From: a virus
Taxonomy: Duplodnaviria > Caudoviricetes
Length of the DNA: 57,700 bases
Virus record (IMG/VR): IMGVR_UViG_3300035145_002905
Coordinates: 1-57,700 of that record
Direction: 5' to 3' (one strand)
The notes beneath the pieces are model-generated. The model saw only the letters and a program-made list of their open reading frames with translations. It did no database searches and was not told the origin of the DNA. Positions 8,597 through 18,782 of the stretch are shown here, in pieces. The first letter of the stretch is position 1. The number at the start of each line of letters is the position of its first letter. Made by a program: the position numbers and the translations under genes.

Positions 8597-10295
8597 ATAC
8601 ATATTAGGATTATCATTTGGTTATCATGATTCTGCTGCAGCACTATTTAAAGATGGTGTAGTTTTACATGCAGTAGAAGAAGAACGTTTTAGTGGTATTA
8701 AACATGATAATTCATTTCCAAAAAAATCTATTGAATGGATATTAAAAACTGAAAACATAAAAAGAACAGATATAGATACAATTTGTTATTATGAAAATCC
8801 TCATACTAAAAAATCAAGAATTATAAATGTAGCAAAGAGAACATTTTTTAAGAACCCAATATCTAATACAAAAACTTTATTCAAGACCTATTTTTCTAGT
8901 AGTAGCCTAGATAACTTATTTAGAACCGAGATTCATCCAAACGTAAAAATTGTATATGGTGACCATCATTTATCTCATAAAGCATACACATATTTTACAT
9001 CAACATTTGATAACTCTGCAGTTTTAACTGTTGATGGTGTAGGTGAGTATGAAACAACAACTTTATCAGTTTACAATGGTAACACAAATATACCAATAGA
9101 TAATATAACATTTCCACATTCACTTGGTATGTTATATTCTACAATAACAGCTTTCTTAGGATTTAAACCAAACGAAGGTGAATATAAGGTAATGGGATTA
9201 GCTCCTTATGGTACTCATTTGTTTCATGAAAATAAATTTAAAAAACTTTATCACCTAACAGATGATGGCGGATTTAGATTAAACATGGATTATTTTACAT
9301 ATGAGTATTCAGATGAAGTTATGTTTAATCACAAACTATCAGAGTTACTAGGAATACCAAACAGATTACCAGAAGAACCCCTTAATGATATTCATAAAAA
9401 TATAGCAGCAGCATTGCAGCACACATATGAGTTTTTATTTTTTAGATTATTAAATAGATTGTATGAAGAATCAAAAACTGTAAATTTATGTTTAAGTGGT
9501 GGATGTGCATACAATGGAACTGCAAATGGAAAAATTTTAGAAAACACTAGATTTAAAAACGTATGGATTCCACCCGCTCCATCTGATGCTGGTTCTGCAA
9601 TTGGTGCAATACTTGCATATTATTATAATAGAACAAACAAAAAAAGAATAAGAAACGAATCACCATACTTAGGCCCCCAAGAAGATAATCAAGATTTTAT
9701 AGAAATATGTAAACAAAATGAAGAACGTATTCATTGGGAAGTAATACCTGATAGTAAATTATTTAGAAAAGTTTCTAAATTAATATCTGAAGGAAATATT
9801 ATTGGATGGGTTCAAGGTAAACTAGAATTTGGAGCAAGGGCATTAGGAAATCGTTCTATCTTTGCAGACCCAAGAGACCCACAAATGAAAAAGAGAGTGA
9901 ATATGGTTGTAAAGAAAAGAGAAGGTTTCAGACCATTTGCCCCTATTGTTGCATTTAACGATAGAGGAAAATACTTTGAACCACCATACTTCATTCCATA
10001 TATGAATCAGATAATTAAAGTAAAACAAGAACACCAAGAAAAGTTACCAGCGATAACTCATACCGATGGTTCTGCGAGAGTACAGACACTTTTAGAATCA
10101 ACAAACCCAAGAGTTCATAGATTGCTAATGGAATATAAAAAATTGACTGGATATTCTATGTTACTAAACACATCATTTAACCTTAAAGACCAAACTATGG
10201 TTAGAAACTCTGAAGAGGCAATTGATACGTTTATGAAGTGTGATATGGATTATTTAATATTAGGTAATTTGTTTTTAACTAAAAAGATTATTTAA
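8574..10295 (+). CDS. O-carbamoyltransferase (NodU/CmcH/TobZ family)
   Basis: HDSAAAL, EEERF, HHLSH, DGVGE, EGEYKVMGLAPYG, GGCAYN, DAGSAIG, GARALGNRS, REGFRPFAP, NTSFN. Confidence 0.95.
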   Translation: MMSSGKDKYILGLSFGYHDSAAALFKDGVVLHAVEEERFSGIKHDNSFPKKSIEWILKTENIKRTDIDTICYYENPHTKKSRIINVAKRTFFKNPISNTKTLFKTYFSSSSLDNLFRTEIHPNVKIVYGDHHLSHKAYTYFTSTFDNSAVLTVDGVGEYETTTLSVYNGNTNIPIDNITFPHSLGMLYSTITAFLGFKPNEGEYKVMGLAPYGTHLFHENKFKKLYHLTDDGGFRLNMDYFTYEYSDEVMFNHKLSELLGIPNRLPEEPLNDIHKNIAAALQHTYEFLFFRLLNRLYEESKTVNLCLSGGCAYNGTANGKILENTRFKNVWIPPAPSDAGSAIGAILAYYYNRTNKKRIRNESPYLGPQEDNQDFIEICKQNEERIHWEVIPDSKLFRKVSKLISEGNIIGWVQGKLEFGARALGNRSIFADPRDPQMKKRVNMVVKKREGFRPFAPIVAFNDRGKYFEPPYFIPYMNQIIKVKQEHQEKLPAITHTDGSARVQTLLESTNPRVHRLLMEYKKLTGYSMLLNTSFNLKDQTMVRNSEEAIDTFMKCDMDYLILGNLFLTKKII

Positions 10296-10324
10296 CAATT
10301 TCTTTACAATTTCTTAACATTGGT
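10292..10324 (+). promoter_or_regulatory. Three 11-bp-periodic TT(A/T)ACA direct repeats (Pho-box/OmpR-family-like site)
   Basis: TTAACAATTTC TTTACAATTTC TTAACATTGGT. Confidence 0.5.
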
Positions 10325-10325
10325 A

Positions 10326-10333
10326 TATTTATA
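10326..10333 (+). promoter_or_regulatory. TATTTATA putative late promoter
   Basis: One of 8 intergenic copies, each shortly upstream of a start codon. Confidence 0.65.
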
Positions 10334-10347
10334 CTAAAGGAGAAATT

Positions 10348-10722
10348 ATGAAAGAACAATTATTCAAAGTAAGGATTGTTCAAATGATAGCTATCCTATT
10401 ATTTTCTCTGTGTACATTTCCTCTCTTCGGACAAGAATCCAAAGTTATTACACAGATAGACAACAATCTTTACGAGTATAGAGCATTCAACGAAGATGGT
10501 TCTATACACCAAAAAGGAACATACATCGGAACAGAAGATGGAAAATTATTAGTTCATTCTTATTGGAGTGATGATGTAGGAACAAAGGCGTTGTATAACA
10601 AAGGAAAGTTAGTTTGGATTAAACCTAAAGGACAACCTCGTTATACTTATGAACAGATAGAGTACGAACAAATGAAGGCTGAAATCAAAAGATTGAAGGC
10701 GATTGTGGCTCTAAATGACTAA
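10348..10722 (+). CDS. Hypothetical exported protein
   Basis: AAGGAG SD; signal-peptide-like N-terminus ending PLFG-Q. Confidence 0.75.
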   Translation: MKEQLFKVRIVQMIAILLFSLCTFPLFGQESKVITQIDNNLYEYRAFNEDGSIHQKGTYIGTEDGKLLVHSYWSDDVGTKALYNKGKLVWIKPKGQPRYTYEQIEYEQMKAEIKRLKAIVALND

Positions 10723-10747
10723 TCGTAATTCAAAGTGATTAGTAGAT

Positions 10748-10780
10748 AAACCCAACCCCGTAAGGTTGGGTTTTCTTATT
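10748..10780 (+). terminator. Rho-independent terminator
   Basis: AAACCCAACC-CCGTAA-GGTTGGGTTT stem-loop plus T tract. Confidence 0.85.
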
Positions 10781-10922
10781 GACACCTGATATAGTTTACA
10801 CAATTGGTGTGAAATTATAAAACATAGTTTTTATTTAATATATACCCTACTTATTATTGACATGTCCGACGTTTTGTAACATGAGAAAGTTATTTTTCTA
10901 ATTTAAAACAAAGGAGAACAAT

Positions 10923-11153
10923 ATGGATTTTTTGAAGAAAATCGGCTCTTGGGCTGATGAACTAACAAAAATTGGTATTAGTATAATCGCCTTAGGAGTT
11001 GTACTTGAAGTATTATTCAAAGGTGCAGAAATCCCATTTTGGCCAGAGGTATCAGTAGTTGATAACGTAATGGGCATTTTAGGAGGTCTGAGTGCTGAAG
11101 GTCTGTTAGGACTGGTTGGTGCATTTGTACTTTATCATATAATCAAGAAGTAG
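10923..11153 (+). CDS. Small membrane protein (2 TM)
   Basis: AAGGAG SD; two hydrophobic helices; followed by a terminator. Confidence 0.8.
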   Translation: MDFLKKIGSWADELTKIGISIIALGVVLEVLFKGAEIPFWPEVSVVDNVMGILGGLSAEGLLGLVGAFVLYHIIKK

Positions 11154-11187
11154 TAATACAGATTGATTCCATAACGCGTTAAAGATT

Positions 11188-11217
11188 AAGCCTCACCCTA
11201 AAAAGTGAGGTTTTTTC
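11188..11217 (+). terminator. Rho-independent terminator
   Basis: AAGCCTCAC-loop-GTGAGGTTT plus T tract. Confidence 0.8.
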
Positions 11218-11225
11218 ATTTACCA

Positions 11226-11233
11226 TATTTATA
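11226..11233 (+). promoter_or_regulatory. TATTTATA putative late promoter
   Basis: Directly after the terminator, at the head of the baseplate operon. Confidence 0.7.
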
Positions 11234-11254
11234 TAAGAGATAATATATAAAATT

Positions 11255-11671
11255 ATGAGTACACATTTTGAATTATTTCCAGGTAAAGATTTAAGTGGAT
11301 TGTTTAAAGATATCTATGATAATCAACAAAACAAGAAACAAAGAATATCAGAATTAATTGCTGAAATGAAAAAGGTAATTAGACACTCTGGTGATATGGC
11401 AGTAATAGGTCCAATCATAAAAGATTTAGTTGATACTTCAGTAAGAAACGATGAATCACTAATTAAGATGGCAGCAATTGCACAAAGAATGATTGCCTCA
11501 AAAGATAAAGTAGAAGGAGATACTGGTTTCCTTACTGATAAAGAAAAAGAACAATTACTATCACAACTTGAAGATACTATTGCAGAAGTTTCAGATGAAC
11601 ACGATTCAAAGGTTGATGAACTAACTAACGAAGTTGAAGAACTAAAACAAAAGGTAGGAAAGAATGTTTAG
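11255..11671 (+). CDS. Hypothetical helical protein
   Basis: ORF heading the structural operon. Confidence 0.75.
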   Translation: MSTHFELFPGKDLSGLFKDIYDNQQNKKQRISELIAEMKKVIRHSGDMAVIGPIIKDLVDTSVRNDESLIKMAAIAQRMIASKDKVEGDTGFLTDKEKEQLLSQLEDTIAEVSDEHDSKVDELTNEVEELKQKVGKNV

Positions 11672-12947
11672 ATTTGGTGATAATAATGTACAAACATCAA
11701 AACAACGAAGCTTTAAAAACTCACAAAATGAAGTTGGTATTGTAATCGATGTTATTTTAGATGAAGAAAATAAATCACTACCCGTCTTTAAAGAAGTAGG
11801 TGCTGTTGATGGAATTGAATCATCTAATATTCATACTGGTAAAATTGGTGGAGTAAGAGTAAGAACATTATCAAACTCAGAAGTACAAGATGATGAATTA
11901 CCAATTATATATGCACTAGATGATACTATAAAAACATTACCAATCTTAGGTGAAGAAGTACAAATAGTTAGAGTTGGTGGTAAAAAGTTTTACACAAGAA
12001 TATCAACCAGTGGTAATCCAAACATATCAAATGATGGATTAGAATCATACAAAGAAATATTTGGTAACGCAGATTCATCAGCAAACAGTACTTCATATGG
12101 TAATAACGCATCAACTGGTATTGCACAACCACAAGGTGGTGGGGCATCTAACAAAGGTCAATACGGAGATTATTTTGAAGCAGACCCTAAGATACATAAA
12201 TTAAAATTATTTGAAGGTGATACTTTAATTGAATCAAGATTTGGACAATCAATAAGATTTAGTGGATACAACAATGATGATAATAAATTCTCACCAACTA
12301 TTATTATAAGAAATAGAGAATCTGACCCATCAAGAGAATCTCAAGGTGAATTCCAATCACAAAAAATCGGTGGTACTACTAAAGAAGATGTGAATAGAGA
12401 TGGTTCAAGTATCGTATTAAGTTCAAGAGATTTTCAGATACCATTTGTACCAGGTGTAGTTGATGATAAGGGTAATTCCGATTTCGAAACAAAACCAGAT
12501 ACCTTTAAAGATTATCCAAGTGCGGATAAACTAAAAGGTGACCAAGTTTTAATTAGTAGTGGAAGATTAATATTCTCAGCAAAATCTGCTGAAATGATTT
12601 TTTATTCAAGAGGAAACTATGGATTTATATCTGATGGTTACATGTCTATCGATAACAAAGGTGGTATTGATATTACAACGGGTGATAATATAAACATCAC
12701 AACTACTGATAACGATTTCAGTATTCTTGCTGGACAAGGTAGGATTAATATAGGAGATGAATCTGAAGAACAACTTGTACGAGGAAATGCATTAGTAGAT
12801 TTATTGAGTGAATTACTTACAGAACTAGCAAGTGAAACACATCCAACTCCTGCAGGTCCATCTGGTCCACCTGTAAATGCACCAAAATATAACTCAATCA
12901 AGAGTAAGTTAAAAGATATCTTATCACCAAATAACTACACAAACTAA
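11664..12947 (+). CDS. Baseplate hub/central spike-like protein (gp5/gpV-like)
   Basis: P-x-x-GE-x-V OB-fold motif, beta-rich C-terminus ending HPTPAGPSGPP; upstream of gp25/gp6-like genes. Confidence 0.6.
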   Translation: MFRFGDNNVQTSKQRSFKNSQNEVGIVIDVILDEENKSLPVFKEVGAVDGIESSNIHTGKIGGVRVRTLSNSEVQDDELPIIYALDDTIKTLPILGEEVQIVRVGGKKFYTRISTSGNPNISNDGLESYKEIFGNADSSANSTSYGNNASTGIAQPQGGGASNKGQYGDYFEADPKIHKLKLFEGDTLIESRFGQSIRFSGYNNDDNKFSPTIIIRNRESDPSRESQGEFQSQKIGGTTKEDVNRDGSSIVLSSRDFQIPFVPGVVDDKGNSDFETKPDTFKDYPSADKLKGDQVLISSGRLIFSAKSAEMIFYSRGNYGFISDGYMSIDNKGGIDITTGDNINITTTDNDFSILAGQGRINIGDESEEQLVRGNALVDLLSELLTELASETHPTPAGPSGPPVNAPKYNSIKSKLKDILSPNNYTN

Positions 12948-13504
12948 TGTCACTAAGTACGTTCAAATCAAATCTCATAAGATATATGAGTACTGAGCCG
13001 GAAAGCATTGATGATTTTGCAAAAACATTAACAAGAGAATATGATGGGGCAGTAAAAAGAGGATTTGATACACTTAATTCAGTACCATTACAAAAAGGAA
13101 ATACTGAAGGTATGGAAACCATATTGAAGTTTTACTTAAAAGGTAATATGTACAAAAAGAGTGGAGTTCTAAATATTCAAGAGTGGGGCCCTGCATTTAT
13201 AACTTATTGGATGCCATCTCAAGGTGCTTTATTTCCAGTACCAGTAATACCGGCTCCAGGTACAATGCAAAATATAGCAAGTGTATCACATTTAATAGTT
13301 AGTCCAGGAGTATGGTCAACTGCATTTCCATTACCACCAACAGATTCAATTAGTAATTTTGTAGATATATTATCTTTGGCAATAATAAATCATTTAACAA
13401 CAGTACAAGGATTAATAATAACAAATTCACTATATCCAACCGCACCAACTCCAATTCCAGGCCCTGGTATAATACAATGGGTAGGATATACAATCCCCCA
13501 ATAA
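12947..13504 (+). CDS. Hypothetical protein, probably virion/baseplate
   Basis: Translationally coupled to the spike gene; Pro-rich. Confidence 0.6.
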   Translation: MSLSTFKSNLIRYMSTEPESIDDFAKTLTREYDGAVKRGFDTLNSVPLQKGNTEGMETILKFYLKGNMYKKSGVLNIQEWGPAFITYWMPSQGALFPVPVIPAPGTMQNIASVSHLIVSPGVWSTAFPLPPTDSISNFVDILSLAIINHLTTVQGLIITNSLYPTAPTPIPGPGIIQWVGYTIPQ

Positions 13505-13526
13505 TAATCAAAAAATAAAGAATTAA

Positions 13527-13534
13527 TATTTATA
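13527..13534 (+). promoter_or_regulatory. TATTTATA putative late promoter
   Basis: Intergenic motif copy. Confidence 0.65.
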
Positions 13535-13558
13535 TAAAGAAACAAACTTTTAATTAAT

Positions 13559-14077
13559 ATGGAAGCGAAGAAAATAGCTAAATTGGTAAAGGCATTAGTA
13601 GAGGCAGAAGTTGCAAAACAACAAGAAACGTTTCTTACTAAAACTTTCCCTAAGATTCTTAAAGAAGAGATGAAACGCTTTAATGAATCAAAACCAAGTC
13701 AAGTTCAAAATGAAGTTGACCCCTTTTCTCTTGCAAACGCAGTATTGGAAGAAGATAGAAAACAAGATGGAAAAGTTTATTCTAAAAATCCAGCAATAAA
13801 TGAAGTATTACAAAATACACAACCATTTAATCAAATGGACAAAACAATGACCTTTGGAACACAAGATGTACCTGCAGGTGGTGGAATGGCTCCTAACTTA
13901 CAACAAACCATGGCACAGAAAATGGGATATGGTAGTATGGTTGGAGGTGCTTCAAAACCACAAGGGTTAGGAGTTCAGACAGGATTGGCAGGATTAGATA
14001 GAGTATTAAATAGAGATAACAGTGCTTTAGTAAAAGCATTTAACAAGAAAAAACATTGGAGACCTGGACAGGAATAA
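13559..14077 (+). CDS. Hypothetical protein
   Basis: ORF after late motif. Confidence 0.7.
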   Translation: MEAKKIAKLVKALVEAEVAKQQETFLTKTFPKILKEEMKRFNESKPSQVQNEVDPFSLANAVLEEDRKQDGKVYSKNPAINEVLQNTQPFNQMDKTMTFGTQDVPAGGGMAPNLQQTMAQKMGYGSMVGGASKPQGLGVQTGLAGLDRVLNRDNSALVKAFNKKKHWRPGQE

Positions 14078-14080
14078 TAA

Positions 14081-14512
14081 ATGGCTTACGAGATTTCAAA
14101 GAAGGTAGTAATTGATACTGAAGAATTTAACGATTATGCAGTAGGATTATCATTACCATTAAAAAATGGTGATGGTGGTTTCTTTGAACAAAACTTTAAT
14201 ACATTTAACCAGGCCAAGAGTAATTTAAAAAATCTATTGTTAACAAAAAAAGGAGAAAGAGTATTACAACCAAACTTTGGAAGTGGATTACAATCTCTAC
14301 TATTTGAACCAATAGATGAAACATTTGAAACAAGAGTTGCTGATACAATAACAGAATCAGTTTCTCAATGGTTACCTTATATAACAATTGAAGATATATT
14401 TATTGATATATCGGATAGTAATAAAGACAGAAATAAAGTAGGTGTTGATATTAAGTTTAAAGTTGGTGAAACATTAGATTTACAATCAGTAACATTTACA
14501 TTGGGTACATAA
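14081..14512 (+). CDS. Baseplate wedge subunit, gp25/GPW-like
   Basis: NLKNLLLTKKGERVLQPNFGSGL...LLFEP. Confidence 0.88.
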   Translation: MAYEISKKVVIDTEEFNDYAVGLSLPLKNGDGGFFEQNFNTFNQAKSNLKNLLLTKKGERVLQPNFGSGLQSLLFEPIDETFETRVADTITESVSQWLPYITIEDIFIDISDSNKDRNKVGVDIKFKVGETLDLQSVTFTLGT

Positions 14513-14513
14513 A

Positions 14514-16541
14514 ATGGCAATAAATAATTCAGTAAATTCAAACTTTAAAGATAAAGGTAAAAGTTTAAAATACCTTAACAAAGATTTTTCGTCTTTTAGA
14601 AATAATCTAATAGAGTTTGCAAAAACATATTTTCCAAAAACACACGCAGATTTTAACGAATCATCACCTGGTATGATGTTTATAGAAATGGCATCTTACA
14701 TTGGAGATGTTCTTGGATATTATATAGATGATACATTAAAAGAATCATTAATGCCATATGCAGAAGATAAAAGAAATGTATTGGCACTTGCAAAATATCT
14801 TGGATATAAAACTAAGGTAACTTCTCCTGCAATAACTGAATTATCTGTATATCAATTAGTACCTTCAAAATATAAATCAGGAACAACTAATGATTATGAA
14901 CCAGATTCACAATTTTATCTTAGAGTAAAAGAAGGTATGGTTGCAACATCTATCGGTGGTGTTCCTTTTGTAACACAAGATTTACTTGATTTCAATGAAT
15001 CTCAAGACAGAGAAATAACAGTATTCTCAAGAAACACTAGTACGAATGACCCCGAGTTTTACTTAGTAAAGAAAAAGGTAAAGGCAATGTCTGCAGAACT
15101 AAAAGAAGTAGATGTTCAGTTCGGACCAAATTCAGATTTTGCAAAGATTGATTTAGGTGATACTAATGTAATATCGATTTATGATGTTAGAGATGCTAAC
15201 TCAAACAAATATTATGAAGTACCTTATCTTGGACAAGAACTTGTTTATATAGATTATCCAAATACAGCAGCAAATGAACCTGATTTATTTCAGTTTAGAG
15301 AAGATGTACCATCAATATTAAAAACATTAAGAACACCTAGAAGATTTACAACAGTAATCAATGAAGATTTCACAACCACAATACAATTTGGTTCAGGTGA
15401 TGCAAATGTAAGTGATGAACTACTTATACCAAACTTTGATAATGTAGGTTTAGGATTGGCTGGTTCTAATGATAGATTAAATGAATATTATGACCCTGCA
15501 AACTTCTTGAAAACAAAATCATATGGTCAATCACCTACAAACACAACTGTAACAGTAAAATATTTTGTTGGTGGTGGTATTCAATCAAATGTAAAGAAGG
15601 GCGATATAAAACAAATAACAGCAATAGAATACGATAATGATACTGCATCTTTTTCTGAAGCAGAACAAAGATTATATAGTACAGTTGTAAATTCAGTTGC
15701 GTGTGAAAACGAAGTTCCTGCAACTGGTGGTAGAGGTGCAGAAACAATCAATGAAATAAAAGAAAATGCATTAGCATATTTTGGAGCTCAGAACAGAGCA
15801 GTAACCGCACAAGATTATCAAGTTAGAAGTTTGGCAATGCCGGCAAAGTTTGGTTCTGTTGCAAAAGCGTTTGTAATACAAGATAATAAACTTGACGCAA
15901 ACTCACCATCTTCTGTTTTGGCTTCTCCAGAACAAGCAGAAGAGTTTGTTGATTTAGTTGAAAAAAATAAAACACTACAAAGAAGTGATATCAAAAGAAA
16001 TGTTGATGAATTCTTAGCAGGAAAGAAAAACAGAGCAAATGATAAATCAAATCCATTTAGTATAAACATTTATACTTTAGGATATAATTCTAGTAAAAAC
16101 TTAATATCATTAAACTCTGCAGTAAAAGAAAACTTAAAAAGGTATCTAAACAATTATAAGATGATTACAGATGGTATTAACATCGTAGATGGATATATTA
16201 TCAACTTTGCAATAGAGTTCGATGTAACTGCTCTGACAGGGTATAACAGAAGAGAAATTCTAACAAACTGTAATCTTGCGTTACAAGATTATTTTAATAT
16301 AGATAATTGGACATTTAATGATACCATAAACATAAACGAAGTAGAATTAATTCTTGCAAATATTGAAGGAGTTGTTTCTATTTCAAAATTAAATTTTGTT
16401 AACAAATGTGGCGGAAACTATTCAGCTCGTTCATATAACTTTGAAGAGGCAACAAGGAACAATATAATCTATCCTTCATTAGACCCTTCAGTATTTGAAT
16501 TAAAGTTTCCAAATCAAGATATAAAAGGGAGAATTGTATAA
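14514..16541 (+). CDS. Baseplate wedge subunit, T4 gp6-like
   Basis: DFNESSPGMMFIEMASY, FGSG, GG..AET, QNRAVTAQDY. Confidence 0.88.
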   Translation: MAINNSVNSNFKDKGKSLKYLNKDFSSFRNNLIEFAKTYFPKTHADFNESSPGMMFIEMASYIGDVLGYYIDDTLKESLMPYAEDKRNVLALAKYLGYKTKVTSPAITELSVYQLVPSKYKSGTTNDYEPDSQFYLRVKEGMVATSIGGVPFVTQDLLDFNESQDREITVFSRNTSTNDPEFYLVKKKVKAMSAELKEVDVQFGPNSDFAKIDLGDTNVISIYDVRDANSNKYYEVPYLGQELVYIDYPNTAANEPDLFQFREDVPSILKTLRTPRRFTTVINEDFTTTIQFGSGDANVSDELLIPNFDNVGLGLAGSNDRLNEYYDPANFLKTKSYGQSPTNTTVTVKYFVGGGIQSNVKKGDIKQITAIEYDNDTASFSEAEQRLYSTVVNSVACENEVPATGGRGAETINEIKENALAYFGAQNRAVTAQDYQVRSLAMPAKFGSVAKAFVIQDNKLDANSPSSVLASPEQAEEFVDLVEKNKTLQRSDIKRNVDEFLAGKKNRANDKSNPFSINIYTLGYNSSKNLISLNSAVKENLKRYLNNYKMITDGINIVDGYIINFAIEFDVTALTGYNRREILTNCNLALQDYFNIDNWTFNDTININEVELILANIEGVVSISKLNFVNKCGGNYSARSYNFEEATRNNIIYPSLDPSVFELKFPNQDIKGRIV

Positions 16542-17599
16542 TGTACTATTTTGTTACAGCATCTAAAGACGCAACTCTATACTTACAACAACCAGAACAA
16601 AATACAGGTTTGGATGAAGTACTTGAAGTGTCTAAAGTTTATTATGGTTCTCTAAAAGATACTGCAAGAACTTTGATAAAGTTTGATTTAGGTGGATTAT
16701 CTTCATCTATTGATAATGGTGCAGTAACAATGAGTTCTGCTGAACTTTTACTAAAAGAATGTGAATCATCAGAAATACCATTAGATTATACAATCGAAGC
16801 ATATCCAGTCTCACAATCATGGGATATGGGAATCGGAACAAGATTTGATGATATAACAACAGATGGAGTTACTTGGAACTATCGTGCAAGTGGTTCTAAT
16901 TGGTTAGTTGGTGATATGAGTGCAGAATCAACCGGTTCATTTAATGGTAAAGGTGGAACATGGTTCACTGGCTCAGAGGCAACACAATCATATTCATACC
17001 AAAGTTCAGATGTAAACATGAATGTGTTTTCGGCAGTAGATTCTTGGATTAGTGGTTCTATTACTAATGAAGGATTTATAATTAAACATACAACTGCATT
17101 TGAAAAGGATACTAATGATTATGGACAATTAAAATTCTTTAGTAAAGAAACTCACACAATTCATCAACCTAAAATAAGAATTGGTTGGGATGATTCTGTG
17201 TTTGAAACGGGTTCATTATCGGCACTAACTCTTACAGAAGATATTAAGTTAAATACAAAAAGATTAAAAAAATCATATAAGGTAGGTACAACACCAAAAA
17301 TTGAAGTTCATGGTAGGGAATTATACCCTGCAAGAACATTCTCAAATACTTTTGCATACAACGATGTAAATTATTTACCAACTTCGTCATATTATCAAAT
17401 ATCTGATTTAAACAGTAACGATACTATTATACCATTTGGTGATTATTCAAAAATATCATGTAGTGCAAATGGTAATTATTTTAAACTAAATCTTACAAAC
17501 TTTGAAATTAATAGAGAATATAAGGTTGAATTTAAAATAGAAAGAAATGGTACTGTTGAATATTTTGATGATGATATAACGTTTGAAGTGGTTAAATAA
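16541..17599 (+). CDS. Virion structural protein (beta-rich, DNRLRE-like)
   Basis: KDATLY...NTGLDE...RTLIKFD...W..G...GF; 5 [ST]GS motifs. Confidence 0.55.
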   Translation: MYYFVTASKDATLYLQQPEQNTGLDEVLEVSKVYYGSLKDTARTLIKFDLGGLSSSIDNGAVTMSSAELLLKECESSEIPLDYTIEAYPVSQSWDMGIGTRFDDITTDGVTWNYRASGSNWLVGDMSAESTGSFNGKGGTWFTGSEATQSYSYQSSDVNMNVFSAVDSWISGSITNEGFIIKHTTAFEKDTNDYGQLKFFSKETHTIHQPKIRIGWDDSVFETGSLSALTLTEDIKLNTKRLKKSYKVGTTPKIEVHGRELYPARTFSNTFAYNDVNYLPTSSYYQISDLNSNDTIIPFGDYSKISCSANGNYFKLNLTNFEINREYKVEFKIERNGTVEYFDDDITFEVVK

Positions 17600-18780
17600 T
17601 GGCATTAGGAGATAAAGAAAGAGCAAAAGAACTTCTTGAAAAGAATAGTTCACAAACGGTCAAGTACTCACAAGAGAATACTAGACAAATCCATCTTGCC
17701 TCAAACAAGAAGGATGGGGAATCTGTTGCCTTTCTTGAAGTACCAAACTACGTTCCACTTGAAATTGAAAAAGCATTAGATATAGAAGTTGATGAACTCG
17801 TATCTAACAGAAAAGATTTACCTGATGTAGTATTAAGAAGTTTATACGAATCTCAATCACTTGAACTTGCAGAGGCATATGAAACAATAGAGGAGCTAGA
17901 AACAGATGTACAGAATTTACAAGCTGAACTGGCACAAGTAACATCACAGAGAGATAACGAAAGAGAGTTAAGAATAGCAGCAGAAACTGCATTGGCAGAA
18001 CTTGAAAATTTATATATAGCATTATCTGACCAATTTAGAGAAACAGTAATTGAACTACAAAAGGCAATTGAACGTTCTGCTCAAGAAGCCGTTGAAAGAG
18101 TTTCACTTGAGGCAAGATTTGAAGCAATCAAGGCTAGATTAGAAGCTTCGTTACTAGCTATTGAAATAGCAGAAGAACAACTTGAAGAAGAAAATGTTGA
18201 TAATTTGGTTTCTAACTACTACGAGGCAAATTCAGACCAAATGCATAGAGGAAGAAGTGGTGAAATAGCTTGGTATATCCCAACTGATAGAATTTGGAAT
18301 AGTTCTCATAATAATGCTGGTAGAAATCTTTATTGGGATTCAAATAACAAAAGAGATGCAGATTCTTGGATGAGAAATGATAGATTAGTTATTTTCTTAA
18401 ACTTTGGAGACGAAGAAAAAAATATAACTGTTAACAATAGTGACCCAAGATGGAAGGCACCACAATCTTTCAAAATACCAGCAAGAATAACAGATGAAGA
18501 TGCAGGAACATTCGAACCAGGTTTTACAAGTGTTAGATTTGGATTCAAATGGGATAGAGACCCGTGGAGTGATAAATTCAGCGAAACAAATGATATTAAG
18601 TTTACAGATGGTGATAGTAATTTAGTGATAAAGGCATTTACATATAAACAAAAGAAAGTACAAAATAAATCAGATGATGGTACTGACAAAAATGGATTGA
18701 AGATTAATAACTTTAAAGTAGATGAAGGAAAAAATCTACAAAATGACTTACAGAGGGTATTTAAAGTAGCAAATAGTTAA
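17599..18780 (+). CDS. Coiled-coil protein, probably structural
   Basis: Long E/L/A heptad region then a beta-rich domain. Confidence 0.6.
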   Translation: MALGDKERAKELLEKNSSQTVKYSQENTRQIHLASNKKDGESVAFLEVPNYVPLEIEKALDIEVDELVSNRKDLPDVVLRSLYESQSLELAEAYETIEELETDVQNLQAELAQVTSQRDNERELRIAAETALAELENLYIALSDQFRETVIELQKAIERSAQEAVERVSLEARFEAIKARLEASLLAIEIAEEQLEEENVDNLVSNYYEANSDQMHRGRSGEIAWYIPTDRIWNSSHNNAGRNLYWDSNNKRDADSWMRNDRLVIFLNFGDEEKNITVNNSDPRWKAPQSFKIPARITDEDAGTFEPGFTSVRFGFKWDRDPWSDKFSETNDIKFTDGDSNLVIKAFTYKQKKVQNKSDDGTDKNGLKINNFKVDEGKNLQNDLQRVFKVANS

Positions 18781-18782
18781 TA

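Noticed and set aside
10795-10814. Imperfect palindrome TTTACAC-AATTG-GTGTGAAA in the longest intergenic region
   Set aside because: Single imperfect instance; cannot support an operator or ncRNA call without homologues
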